A stretch of 64,000 bases of DNA, from positions 1 to 64,000 of the forward strand of contig JAHLWR010000017.1 in NCBI GenBank assembly GCA_019057815.1. Reading direction: 5' to 3'. Shown in pieces: positions 10,816 through 27,297 of this stretch. Every line of letters starts with the position of its first letter. The first letter of the stretch is position 1. This DNA comes from Candidatus Heimdallarchaeota archaeon. Lineage in GTDB: Archaea > Asgardarchaeota > Heimdallarchaeia > Heimdallarchaeales > Heimdallarchaeaceae. Position numbers and translations under genes: made by a program. A model generated the notes under the pieces. That model did no database searches and was not told the origin of the DNA. It saw only the letters and a list, made by a program, of their open reading frames with translations.

Positions 10816-11316
10816 TTATTCAATTTTTCTTTCCATTGTTAACAAACGATCATTAAAACCCAGATTATGATAAAAATCTATAGCATCAGTATTGTTGACA
10901 TGGACATAAAGTGTTATATCAGTAGCTTTGAATTTTAACGCAATCTCATTTTGAAATTTATTTATTAGGGCTGTTCCTACTCCTTTTCTCCTGTGTTCTA
11001 TAAGAACTGCAATATCTGATATATGAGCAACAATTCTATGTATGAAAAAACCACTCAAATTCTTAATGTAACCATATAAAAATCCAATTAACTTATCTTT
11101 TTCTTTTGCTACATATACGACTTGTGATAAATCATTAAACGCATTGCGTAACATGGTTGTGAAATTTTCTTTTCCCTCGATATCTAGCTTAAAATTAGAA
11201 TCTATATTAGCATGCCATTCGATTATTTCAACCCATAATTTAACAATATCTTCTAAATCTTCCTCTTTCCCTTTCATAATTTCATAAGTTGGGTCATGTG
11301 ATGTGTTTTTTCCCAT
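10816..11316 (-). CDS. GNAT family N-acetyltransferase
   Basis: IAV..EHRRKGVGTAL acetyl-CoA motif; N..AIDFYHNLGF. Confidence 0.9.
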   Translation of the reverse strand: MGKNTSHDPTYEIMKGKEEDLEDIVKLWVEIIEWHANIDSNFKLDIEGKENFTTMLRNAFNDLSQVVYVAKEKDKLIGFLYGYIKNLSGFFIHRIVAHISDIAVLIEHRRKGVGTALINKFQNEIALKFKATDITLYVHVNNTDAIDFYHNLGFNDRLLTMERKIE

Positions 11317-11522
11317 AAGATACTTTTCCTCTTTATCTTTCTAACTGTATCGGTTTTTTGGATACTTTTAGAAGATACTTCATACATATTAATTGAACAA
11401 AAAAATACGTATTTGTTGCTCTCTAATGTTGTTAGGGTAAGTTTTTAATAGACGTTTTAATCAATAGTGTAAAGATTACATATTGCAAATACGTATTATA
11501 TTCTATCTTATGGTGAGACTAA

Positions 11523-12782
11523 ATGCTGATTTCTGATGCTCAAAAAAATAGCTCTAAGAAAAAATACTTTGAAAATATTCTCCTTTTTAGAAAGAAAAAA
11601 TCAATTACTGATTTGGATTTACGAAACAAACGAGTTCTCGTAAGAGTTGACTTCAATGTACCCTTAGATAAGTATGGTAGAATTACTGATGATAGAAGGA
11701 TACGTTTTACTTTACCAACCTTACATTATTTGCTAAATGAAAACTGTAAAATAATACTAGTTTCACACTTGGGGAGACCAGAAGGAAGAGTCGTAGATTC
11801 GCTTAGGTTAACACCTATCTATAAACGATTGAAAGAATTTTTTCCACTCAATAATATTCTCAAAGCTGAAGAATGTATTGGAAGAAAAGTCAAACAAATG
11901 GTTAAAGATCTTAAACCTAGGGATATTTTGTTACTTGAAAATCCCAGATTTTATCCTGAAGAAAAAGAAAATGATCCAGAATTTTCAAAGGAACTTGCTA
12001 GTCTAGCAGAAATTTATGTAACTGAAGCTTTTGCTACTGCACATCGGAAACATGCTTCAACATATGGTGTATGTAATTATTTCGATGAGAAGGGTTATGG
12101 TTTCTTGATGGAAAAGGAACTTAAATTTATGTCAATTATCATGGAGAAACCTAAACGTCCGTATACTGTTATCTTGGGAGGTAAAAAAGTATCAGATAAA
12201 CTTGATGTAATTAAATACCTCATAGGTCTTGCTGACAATATTATAATTGGTGGTGGAATGGCTTATACATTTTTATTGGCAAAAGGCTATAGGATAGGTA
12301 AATCTGTAAGAGATCTATCTAAACTAGATGAAGTTCGCGATTACTTGGAAGAATCACCTAACTTCAAAACTAATATTTATCTCCCTAGAGATGTTGTTGT
12401 CTGTGATGAATATTTATATCCCAAATTTGTAAAAGTTGTTCCTATTACAGATATTGGGGAGCAACATGTTGGAGTTGACATAGGTCCTGAAACGATTGAA
12501 GAATTTAAGAAAGTACTCGATAAATCTAAGCAAGTTGCTTGGAATGGACCATTAGGGATTTTTGAGAACAAGCAATTTGAGACTGGAACAAAGGAAATAG
12601 CTAGGTTTTTGATAGAAAAGAAAATATTCACGATAATCGGTGGAGGAGATTCTGCTGCTGCTTTTGAGAAATTTGGATTTCAAAATGAAGTTTCTTTTAT
12701 TTCAACTGGTGGTGGTGCTAGTCTATATATGATGCAAGGGACAGTTTTACCCGCAATAGAGTGTCTGAGCGATAAAGAATAG
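11523..12782 (+). CDS. pgk: Phosphoglycerate kinase
   Basis: RVDFNVP, SHLGRP, LLENPRF, GGGDS and ISTGGGASL motifs. Confidence 0.97.
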   Translation: MLISDAQKNSSKKKYFENILLFRKKKSITDLDLRNKRVLVRVDFNVPLDKYGRITDDRRIRFTLPTLHYLLNENCKIILVSHLGRPEGRVVDSLRLTPIYKRLKEFFPLNNILKAEECIGRKVKQMVKDLKPRDILLLENPRFYPEEKENDPEFSKELASLAEIYVTEAFATAHRKHASTYGVCNYFDEKGYGFLMEKELKFMSIIMEKPKRPYTVILGGKKVSDKLDVIKYLIGLADNIIIGGGMAYTFLLAKGYRIGKSVRDLSKLDEVRDYLEESPNFKTNIYLPRDVVVCDEYLYPKFVKVVPITDIGEQHVGVDIGPETIEEFKKVLDKSKQVAWNGPLGIFENKQFETGTKEIARFLIEKKIFTIIGGGDSAAAFEKFGFQNEVSFISTGGGASLYMMQGTVLPAIECLSDKE

Positions 12783-12804
12783 GGTTAAATTGAATTAGTT
12801 GTTC

Positions 12805-14385
12805 TTATATCAAAGATAAAAGCAAGAAGCTTATTAGTGAAATTATGCTTCCTCCAGCAATAGCTAAAAGGTTGACAACGTCATTTCTAATCCATTTAAA
12901 ACCTGAATAAAACTTTGTTTCATTTCCACAATGTTCCTTTTTTTCAGTGATTTTACTACATATGTTACATTTGTTCAATTTCTGAATGGTACAAGCAAAG
13001 ATGCTATCTAGATATGAACCAGCTATCCCACCAAGAATTATGGAAACGATAAAAACCCACGCTGCAGGTGGAAAAACAACATAATTGTCAACTTGACTTA
13101 CACCCCAACCTATTAGAGCTATTAAACTAGCTCCTAGAATTGAACCCAATGTTCCTAATAGTGATATAGCTCCAGGAGAACCTACTTTTACCTTAATCCA
13201 TGGTTTAATAGCTGAGCGTGGTTTATTTCTCGAAAGTGTTCCTATCTCAGTCCCTAAAGTGTCTCCTAGACTAGTTGCAATTGCTCCTCCAGCTAAAATT
13301 ATAAAAATAGGGTTTCTTATTAATATTGCAAGAAAAGCAAAAGTTGCAGGCAATAAGCTATTTACCATGGCTTGAACGCTATCTCTAGCTGTACCTCCCT
13401 TTTCAAATTCCTCTGATATATTTGATTTTTTATTTCTACCAATGAAAGTGAATAAACTTCCCAATACGAAGAATGACATATACATAGCACCCCACGACCA
13501 TGAAGCTAACCCTAATATGATTACACCAAAGTAAAACCCTGATATGGCTCCATCCCATGTCAAAGCTTTTAATGCTATACTTCCAAGCGCTAGAGTAGCT
13601 CCAATAATTAGACCTGCGATGACAGCACTAAGTGACAAGAACTGGTTAAGGTTTGATAAGTTCTCTTGAAAGATCGTGTATAAAACAAAAAGCGCTACAG
13701 CATTTACAGCAGGGATAGATATATTATCATAACCTTTTGGTGTTAAAGCTTCTACTATTGCTGTTAAAAATCCAGTTAAAAGACCAATGTAAATCGCGAC
13801 AACAAGCGTTTGTTTTAGAATTAAACAGCTGATTGATACAGCACCAAAAGTTGCAAAAGCTCCTGCCCAGCTCCCGAGTAATGTTTTTGTTCCTCCAAAA
13901 ATTGAGTAAGCTTTGTCGTGACCAAATTTTGAGCCTATAACAGCACTAATACCATCTCCCCAGACTAAAGGCATAAATGAACCAAGTAGAATAATATTAC
14001 GTTGATTATAAGGATCTGGATCAAAGAAGAGAGCGACTAAAATTGTCAAAGATATAGCATAAAACACAGTACCATAGGTATGACCCTCTTCCACCCCCTT
14101 TAATTTGAATTTCTCAATGGGTGATCCAGGACATGTAAAATAAGTAAAAAATATGAAAAATACCGGTCCAATTAACGCGAACCAAACATTGGAAAAAATG
14201 AAGGGCATTACTAAAGCAATGTTTCCCACACCTAGATGTACTATTTTTCTTGTTGTACTTCCAGAAACAAGATTTTTCCTTTTTAAAATCTCTGCTAATA
14301 CAAGAACTGCTAATACAAAAACAAATAAACCTGCAAGACCTACAATGTCTTTAATTGTGATTTCTGTTGGAAAGTTGAAATCCAT
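12805..14385 (-). CDS. Dolichol/phytol kinase-like (CTP-dependent) domain fused to DUF92/TMEM19 domain
   Basis: N-half: RKIVH, WGDG.SA..G, KT..GS, GYDN; C-half: RDSVQAMVN, GDTLGTEIG, GAISLLG, DSIF, ND.VN. Confidence 0.85.
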   Translation of the reverse strand: MDFNFPTEITIKDIVGLAGLFVFVLAVLVLAEILKRKNLVSGSTTRKIVHLGVGNIALVMPFIFSNVWFALIGPVFFIFFTYFTCPGSPIEKFKLKGVEEGHTYGTVFYAISLTILVALFFDPDPYNQRNIILLGSFMPLVWGDGISAVIGSKFGHDKAYSIFGGTKTLLGSWAGAFATFGAVSISCLILKQTLVVAIYIGLLTGFLTAIVEALTPKGYDNISIPAVNAVALFVLYTIFQENLSNLNQFLSLSAVIAGLIIGATLALGSIALKALTWDGAISGFYFGVIILGLASWSWGAMYMSFFVLGSLFTFIGRNKKSNISEEFEKGGTARDSVQAMVNSLLPATFAFLAILIRNPIFIILAGGAIATSLGDTLGTEIGTLSRNKPRSAIKPWIKVKVGSPGAISLLGTLGSILGASLIALIGWGVSQVDNYVVFPPAAWVFIVSIILGGIAGSYLDSIFACTIQKLNKCNICSKITEKKEHCGNETKFYSGFKWIRNDVVNLLAIAGGSIISLISFLLLSLI

Positions 14386-14489
14386 GAATTTTTCACCTTA
14401 ATTACTAATGCAATCCTTGATTGTTATTCCTATAGTTACTGGAAGCAGAGGAGAGGAATAATAAAAAGTTAACCTTCTTTATATATGTT

Positions 14490-15080
14490 TTATTTTTCAC
14501 TACTTTCTAAATCTGTTAGTTTATTTGGAAAATCACCCATCCCTTCACAATGTGGAAGATAATATTGGTCACAGTTAAGACATACTTCTCTGTTTCTTCT
14601 TTCTCTTGTCCTCATTAGCACTTTACGACTAACAAAATAAGTGACTAATGTAACAATGCACACGATAAGAGACCAAATACTCCAACCTTTAATCAATTCA
14701 GTAATTGAGAGAATTACAGTTACAATCGCACTAACCTGACCAATTCCTAATAAAAATCTAAAGAAATCTTTAATCTTTCGGGGAAGGTTGATAAATACTC
14801 CTAAAGGCGTAAAAAGGAAGAGAACCCATGTTGCGATGAAAGCTTCCCAAGATTTTATATCAAGAAATACCAGTATCAAAGGAACCAAAAAGGTTCCAAA
14901 TATTAACCCTAAATTTAAGTTCACACATCCTCTGCATAAATCATAAGTTTTTCCCTTAATCGTTAGATGATAAACATGTTCAGAGAAATATTGACATTGA
15001 GGGTGATGAGCTAAACGATACTTGTATAGCAACCATTTCTCTTTCCTTGGTATTTTTCTTTTATCTTTCAGTTGTTTCAC
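14490..15080 (-). CDS. DUF2085-like metal-binding membrane protein
   Basis: HHPQC...LCRGC followed by ~4 TM helices and a C-terminal CxxC. Confidence 0.55.
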   Translation of the reverse strand: MKQLKDKRKIPRKEKWLLYKYRLAHHPQCQYFSEHVYHLTIKGKTYDLCRGCVNLNLGLIFGTFLVPLILVFLDIKSWEAFIATWVLFLFTPLGVFINLPRKIKDFFRFLLGIGQVSAIVTVILSITELIKGWSIWSLIVCIVTLVTYFVSRKVLMRTRERRNREVCLNCDQYYLPHCEGMGDFPNKLTDLESSEK

Positions 15081-15225
15081 CTTATTAGTCTTTGGAATTT
15101 TTACAATGTTTATCTGCTAGTGAATGAATTTCTTTGAAAATCTTATTTTTGTTTGTTATGTTCAAAATTACTCTAATTAAGCATAACAGAAGTACTCTTC
15201 CTTTATGTGGAGTTAAAATATATTT

Positions 15226-16449
15226 TCAAGTACTATCCTTTACAATTATTTTGTAGGTTTTGATCAACTTTTTACCAACTACGCTATAATCGTAGTTTTT
15301 CAATGCATGTTTTTTAGTTTCAAAAGCAAACTGACGGCTTTCTTCTATATTTTTTAGTATTTTAACCACTATATCAACTAAAATGTCCTTTCTATTTAAT
15401 GGAAAAAGCCAACCACTTCCTGGTGGTAACATTTCATTCATTGGCGGTGCATCTCCCGTTATAACTGGAATTCCACTTGCCATTGCCTCCACAATCGGTG
15501 TTCCAAAACTGCCTTCCTCAGCTGGATAGAGGAGCAGATCACTGATGTTATACGCAATTAGAAGTTCTTCATCATTAACATAACCTGTTATTACTGTGGA
15601 CTCATCAATCTCATAGTCAACGATTTTTTCCTTAATTTTTGGTAAAAGTGGTCCATTTCCTATAATGAGAAACATGGTTTTAGGTTCTTCTGCGAGTATG
15701 TCAGGGAAGAAATCAACTACATCTAATTGTAATTTTCTAGGGATAAAGGGACCAAGTATTAGAACAGTAGGATTTCCTTTCTTCAAATAATATTTATCTC
15801 GGAATCCTTCAATATCTTCAATTTTTGGAATTTGAGAATAAATTTTGCAATTTAAAGGAGCAGGTATGATATAAACTTTTGATTTCAGAGTATCAGTAAT
15901 TTTTCCTGCTTTGTTTAATAACGAAAAAGAAGATGTTATAATAGCATCACAGTACCCAATTGTTTTTCTCAACAATTTTCTGTATCTGCGACGAACAAAT
16001 AATTTTGATTTTAGTGTTCCTGTAGTTACAGGGCCATGAGCTGACATTAGTAGAGGAATATTTAACCGATCTTTTTTCTTAGCTTGTGCAAAAGTAAAGA
16101 CTGATAATTCAATGGAATGAACAAGGTCGAAGGGATTTTCATGGTGGAGTTGTTCAAAAATTTTAAAAGCATCTTTTGAAAATTTTACATGATTTTTTGC
16201 AAACATATGTGTTTTAGTGCTATAAACACCTCTCGACGAAATCTTTGTAGGAACGTTGTAGAAATAAACATTCTCTTTCTCTAGAAGTTGATCATTTGAT
16301 GGTAGTTTTGAGGTAGTTACTACGTGGACTTCAATATTATAATTAGAAAGTGAATGTACAAGAGAATAAGCGTATCTTCTCAATCCCACCATTGGACCAG
16401 TGTAAGGAGGGCCTATTTCTAGTGTGGGAATGAACACAGAAAAGCTCAT
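15226..16449 (-). CDS. Glycosyltransferase family 4 (GT-B)
   Basis: 'FLIIGNGP', 'GSFGTPIVEAMASGIPVI'. Confidence 0.9.
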   Translation of the reverse strand: MSFSVFIPTLEIGPPYTGPMVGLRRYAYSLVHSLSNYNIEVHVVTTSKLPSNDQLLEKENVYFYNVPTKISSRGVYSTKTHMFAKNHVKFSKDAFKIFEQLHHENPFDLVHSIELSVFTFAQAKKKDRLNIPLLMSAHGPVTTGTLKSKLFVRRRYRKLLRKTIGYCDAIITSSFSLLNKAGKITDTLKSKVYIIPAPLNCKIYSQIPKIEDIEGFRDKYYLKKGNPTVLILGPFIPRKLQLDVVDFFPDILAEEPKTMFLIIGNGPLLPKIKEKIVDYEIDESTVITGYVNDEELLIAYNISDLLLYPAEEGSFGTPIVEAMASGIPVITGDAPPMNEMLPPGSGWLFPLNRKDILVDIVVKILKNIEESRQFAFETKKHALKNYDYSVVGKKLIKTYKIIVKDST

Positions 16450-16601
16450 ATGAAAATATTGATGTTCACTTCAAAAGCGTTGTGGTTATCATATCCACGT
16501 GATATTTTCAGAAAAGAGGAAAAAAAATCGTCAATATTATTTTCAATAATCTTTCTTGAGATACCGAAATAGACATTAAGCTGTAAAATGTAATTTTAAC
16601 C

Positions 16602-17381
16602 ATGTCAACAAGCAATCTAGAAGAAGAAATTCTAATCAGAGCTGAATTTGAAGGGTTATCTTCTGCAATTCTAAAAGAACTAAAAGAATCACTAGATGAC
16701 ATTAAAATTGAATTCATAACAGATTTACTTTCTAGTTATGTGAACCTAAATATTAATCCATTTGTTCTAGTTGATTTTCTTCCACATATTTGGAATAAAA
16801 ATAACTCAAGTGTTAGTTTACTTCTCTATATTAGTGGAATAGCTCATAAAGCGTTTTATCTCGCACGAGAATACCCTTTAGGTAAGGAACTACCTGTTTA
16901 TCTGAAAGAAGACATCTTGAAGATGTATGAGGGATTGCAAAATTTCGTAAAATCTTGTGGAATCGAAGTTAAAACAGAATTAGATGACAAAATAAGTGTT
17001 ATAATTTCCTTTAAAGAATTGATTCAAGAACTAAAAAAAACTTCTCGTTTTCCTCCTAGGTTGAATGAAATCTTGTGCATTATATCTCACCTTTTTCTAC
17101 AGTTCACTGAATTTAAGAACCAAAAAATAAGAACATTAGATGAATTAGTACTCTTTGTGTCTAGATGTCTGATTTTTTGGAAACTAAAGATCCTATCTGA
17201 TAAAGAACTAGAATTCTGCATGAAAGAATCAGTAACATTATACTCATCAAAGTTTGATTCCAATGAATTTGAAAAACTACTAAGTCTTGAGGTACAGAAT
17301 TACCAATTTTTGCAAATGGGAATAACTCATTCTGATATCAAGATTATAACAAATGTTTACAGTAAAAGTTCAGGATATTAA
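16602..17381 (+). CDS. Hypothetical helical protein
   Basis: 259-aa ORF, no recognisable motif. Confidence 0.55.
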   Translation: MSTSNLEEEILIRAEFEGLSSAILKELKESLDDIKIEFITDLLSSYVNLNINPFVLVDFLPHIWNKNNSSVSLLLYISGIAHKAFYLAREYPLGKELPVYLKEDILKMYEGLQNFVKSCGIEVKTELDDKISVIISFKELIQELKKTSRFPPRLNEILCIISHLFLQFTEFKNQKIRTLDELVLFVSRCLIFWKLKILSDKELEFCMKESVTLYSSKFDSNEFEKLLSLEVQNYQFLQMGITHSDIKIITNVYSKSSGY

Positions 17382-17498
17382 GTTTATGAGAAAATAAAAA
17401 CAACTATACCTTTTAGCTGGGTGAATGGTGTTCTTGGGACAACCCTCTTATCAACTCTTGTTTTAGTTCTAAGAAAACGAAAATAGACTTTTTTCTTT

Positions 17499-17963
17499 TT
17501 ATGTATAATTATTTAAAGTACTATTTACATTATTACATCGTTTTTCAATATAGGATTTGATATCATCTGGTATTTTGTCGCTTTTACAGAAATCATTAGA
17601 TAGATAACTTAAAAGATTTGGATTTTCCTGTTTTTTACTATAAATAAATTTGACAACATCACTTAAAACATCTTTGGGAAGAAACCGATTATCCAGCATA
17701 CTCTTTACATCTTTTATCTTCTGCATCACTGACATATTACTATCTAGCATTATTGCAGAATGCCATGCTTTTAACGATGAAACTGCAGTTTTATCTGTCC
17801 TCTTAACTCCAAACGCCATAGCAAATCTCCATTTCTTTACCTCTAAAGAAGAGTTGTCTTCAGCTATAGCTTTTCCCAAAGCAATAGCATTATAGGTTGT
17901 AGGTCTTTCACTAAATATATTTTGTAATTCTTTTAGTGAAGATTCTCGAACTTCATCTTCCAT
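17499..17963 (-). CDS. Hypothetical protein
   Basis: 154-aa ORF with GGGG SD-like sequence upstream. Confidence 0.6.
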   Translation of the reverse strand: MEDEVRESSLKELQNIFSERPTTYNAIALGKAIAEDNSSLEVKKWRFAMAFGVKRTDKTAVSSLKAWHSAIMLDSNMSVMQKIKDVKSMLDNRFLPKDVLSDVVKFIYSKKQENPNLLSYLSNDFCKSDKIPDDIKSYIEKRCNNVNSTLNNYT

Positions 17964-18251
17964 ATATAATCCCCATTATGCTGTTCACTGACACAAATAT
18001 AAATTGTGTGTTCCAATATATTCGAACATTAATTGTTATATTATTTCCTAAATGCTTTGACTCTTCGTCTAATATCAATGCAGCCTTCTAAAAAGGTACT
18101 TTACTTTAAAGATGATTTTCTTAACAATGTGTGTTGAAAAAAACACGATAATCTTACATCAACGTCATAATTTTTCTGTTCTATAATCTAAGTCTGTAAA
18201 TCATATATATTTTTATAAATCAGCCACATACTAGCAGTTTAGGCGTAGATA

Positions 18252-19178
18252 TTGAGCGAACCCATTAGTATAACTATAGAATATATGTGCAACTTATGCC
18301 AAAAAATAAGGTTAACTATTATACCTAAAGTTTTGCAACCAAAAATGAATTCTGCAGGATATGTTGAAATTATAGACGTTCATAATTGCAAGGATGACCA
18401 AATGAAAGCAAGCATTCTTTTTATTGACACTTCCTACACCGTTAGATCTCAAGTATTAGTTAACCCTATTGGAACGAAAAAAGAAAAGAAAAAGCCAGCT
18501 TTTGATTTAGGGATACCATCGCCAAAAGCTACAGCCTTACCAATACAAACAATAAATCCTATTAGAGAGCTTGATCAACCCTATTTAACAAAAATGATAA
18601 TTAATGATAATCTAAGGCAACACATCTATAAATATGAGGTTCTCAAAGAGGGAAAGAATCTTTCACGGAAATCCCCCCTTGGTTTTATAAAAATTAAAGC
18701 TACTTTTTCAACAAAAATATCGAATAACATCGTTCAACAATGGTTAGACAAAGTAGCTAAAATACTGGAGTCCATAACCATGTTTGACGAAGGGATGTTG
18801 AGTTATCTTTGTGATTATCTTACTGATAGAATCCACAAAAGACCTTCAAAACAAGAAATAACGGAATTAGAAGTGTTATTAAACTCAAGTTATACTTTCC
18901 CAAAAGCTACTTTGGATCAGAATGAAATTCTGAATCTTGGAGATGATTGGATTAATCTAATTAAGAATCTGAGTAAAGATGAGATGAAGATGTACAGTTT
19001 CATAACAAAAACCAGTTCAAACAATGTGAAAATGACAACTCTTGGTCTTTATATTGAAATCTTAGAAAAAATTAGTATGTCAATTACATTTTCTCAATTT
19101 ATGTCTGCAATGGCTAGTTTGCTACTAAACAAATATATCTCTCTTGAAAAAATAAGTTTTATAACAATAAAAGAGTAA
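18252..19178 (+). CDS. Hypothetical protein with N-terminal putative Zn site
   Basis: CNLC...DVHNC; TATA-like ttttataaa upstream. Confidence 0.6.
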   Translation: MSEPISITIEYMCNLCQKIRLTIIPKVLQPKMNSAGYVEIIDVHNCKDDQMKASILFIDTSYTVRSQVLVNPIGTKKEKKKPAFDLGIPSPKATALPIQTINPIRELDQPYLTKMIINDNLRQHIYKYEVLKEGKNLSRKSPLGFIKIKATFSTKISNNIVQQWLDKVAKILESITMFDEGMLSYLCDYLTDRIHKRPSKQEITELEVLLNSSYTFPKATLDQNEILNLGDDWINLIKNLSKDEMKMYSFITKTSSNNVKMTTLGLYIEILEKISMSITFSQFMSAMASLLLNKYISLEKISFITIKE

Positions 19179-19196
19179 AATGGTGCATATCTATAT

Positions 19197-20381
19197 CTAG
19201 TCCATGCTATATGTTCCGTAAAAAGCTAGAATAGAATAAATCGCCGCACCTTTCCATATAGTTTCTTCATCAACATCAAATTTAGGATGATGGTGAGGAT
19301 GAATTATGCCCTTTTCCTCATTATACAACCCTAAGGCAATGAAAACACCTTTTGTTCGTTCTTGATAAAATGAAAAATCTTCTCCTCCTAATGAAAGATT
19401 AACTTCCGCGACTGGTCCTATAGATTCCAGTATTTTCATTGCATTTTCTGTTGTTTGAGGATCGTTAACAGTTGGGGGGTAGTGAATTTTATCAAATTCA
19501 ACAGAACATTCGCATCTCCAAGCGCGACTGTATCCTTCAGCAATCTCTGTTATACGTTTGACTATATAATCTCTAACCTCATTATTAAAAGTCCTGAATG
19601 TTCCTTTCAATAAAGCCTCAGGAGGAATAATATTAAATGCATCACTTCCTTTGAAAACTGGTGATGTTATTACTACGTGTTCAATAGGATTTATTTCTCT
19701 GGAAACTATTTTCTGTATAGCATTATAAATGTCTACAAGAACAGATGTAGGATCAAAAGTTTGATGAGGACTTGCAGCATGACCTCCTTTACCTTTGATT
19801 GTTATTGTAAATTTATCAGAAGAAGCTAAAATTGGTCCTTTTCGGGAGCCAATTATCCCAGAAGGGAGTTCTTGCCAAACATGAAGACCAAAAATAGCGT
19901 CAACATCATCCAGATGACCATCTTCTATAATCTTAAGTGCTCCTCCACCTCCTTCTTCAGCAGGTTGGAAAATGAATTTAACTTTGCCAGTAAGGTTATC
20001 TCGATATTTCCTAATTATTCTAGCTGCAGTCAAAAGGGAAGCTGTATGAACATCATGTCCACAGGCATGCATTTTTCCTATGTTTTTGCTTTTATATGGA
20101 ACATCATTTTCTTCTGTTAAATTTAATGCGTCTATATCTGCTCTTAATGCTATTGTTTTCCCTTCTTTTTTCCCTTCTAAAATCGCAATAACGCCTGTTT
20201 TTGCAGATCTTTGAGTTTCATAGCCCATTGTTTTTAATTCATTCTCTATATATTGAGCTGTCTTTTCTTCTTCAAATCCTATTTCCGGATACATGTGAAT
20301 ATGTCTTCTTGCATCTATAAGATATGATTCTAATGATTTAGCTTCAGCAATAAGTTTATGTTTCAATTCCTCAAATTCCAT
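19197..20381 (-). CDS. M20D amidohydrolase/carboxypeptidase
   Basis: LRADIDAL, MHACGHD, FQPAEE, GGHAA, GGEDF, HHP.F motifs. Confidence 0.95.
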   Translation of the reverse strand: MEFEELKHKLIAEAKSLESYLIDARRHIHMYPEIGFEEEKTAQYIENELKTMGYETQRSAKTGVIAILEGKKEGKTIALRADIDALNLTEENDVPYKSKNIGKMHACGHDVHTASLLTAARIIRKYRDNLTGKVKFIFQPAEEGGGGALKIIEDGHLDDVDAIFGLHVWQELPSGIIGSRKGPILASSDKFTITIKGKGGHAASPHQTFDPTSVLVDIYNAIQKIVSREINPIEHVVITSPVFKGSDAFNIIPPEALLKGTFRTFNNEVRDYIVKRITEIAEGYSRAWRCECSVEFDKIHYPPTVNDPQTTENAMKILESIGPVAEVNLSLGGEDFSFYQERTKGVFIALGLYNEEKGIIHPHHHPKFDVDEETIWKGAAIYSILAFYGTYSMD

Positions 20382-20468
20382 GTTTGAAAGTTTTTTTACT
20401 GTTTTTTGTATCTTTCGATTGTTTTATGATTAGTTAATTGGATCTCATAGAATATTCGTTTCGTAAGG

Positions 20469-20485
20469 TTTGACAATATGTCAAA
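20469..20485. promoter_or_regulatory. 7-3-7 inverted repeat between divergent genes (candidate TF site)
   Basis: TTTGACA-ata-TGTCAAA. Confidence 0.4.
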
Positions 20486-20591
20486 AAAAGACCCAATCAT
20501 AATAACTTTGCTTGAAAAACGAAATTAGAGAAAAAGATAAACTCTAATCAGATAATCTTTTTATAGAACCTATAGTATATTATTAAGATGG

Positions 20592-27191
<6,600 letters not shown>

Positions 27192-27297
27192 TGAGATAAT
27201 AAGCATTGATATTATTACCACTGTTATCCTATGATTTTTCTTGTTTATTGACATTACAAATTATTAATAAAGACGTTTGTGGCTATTTGTTATAGAA

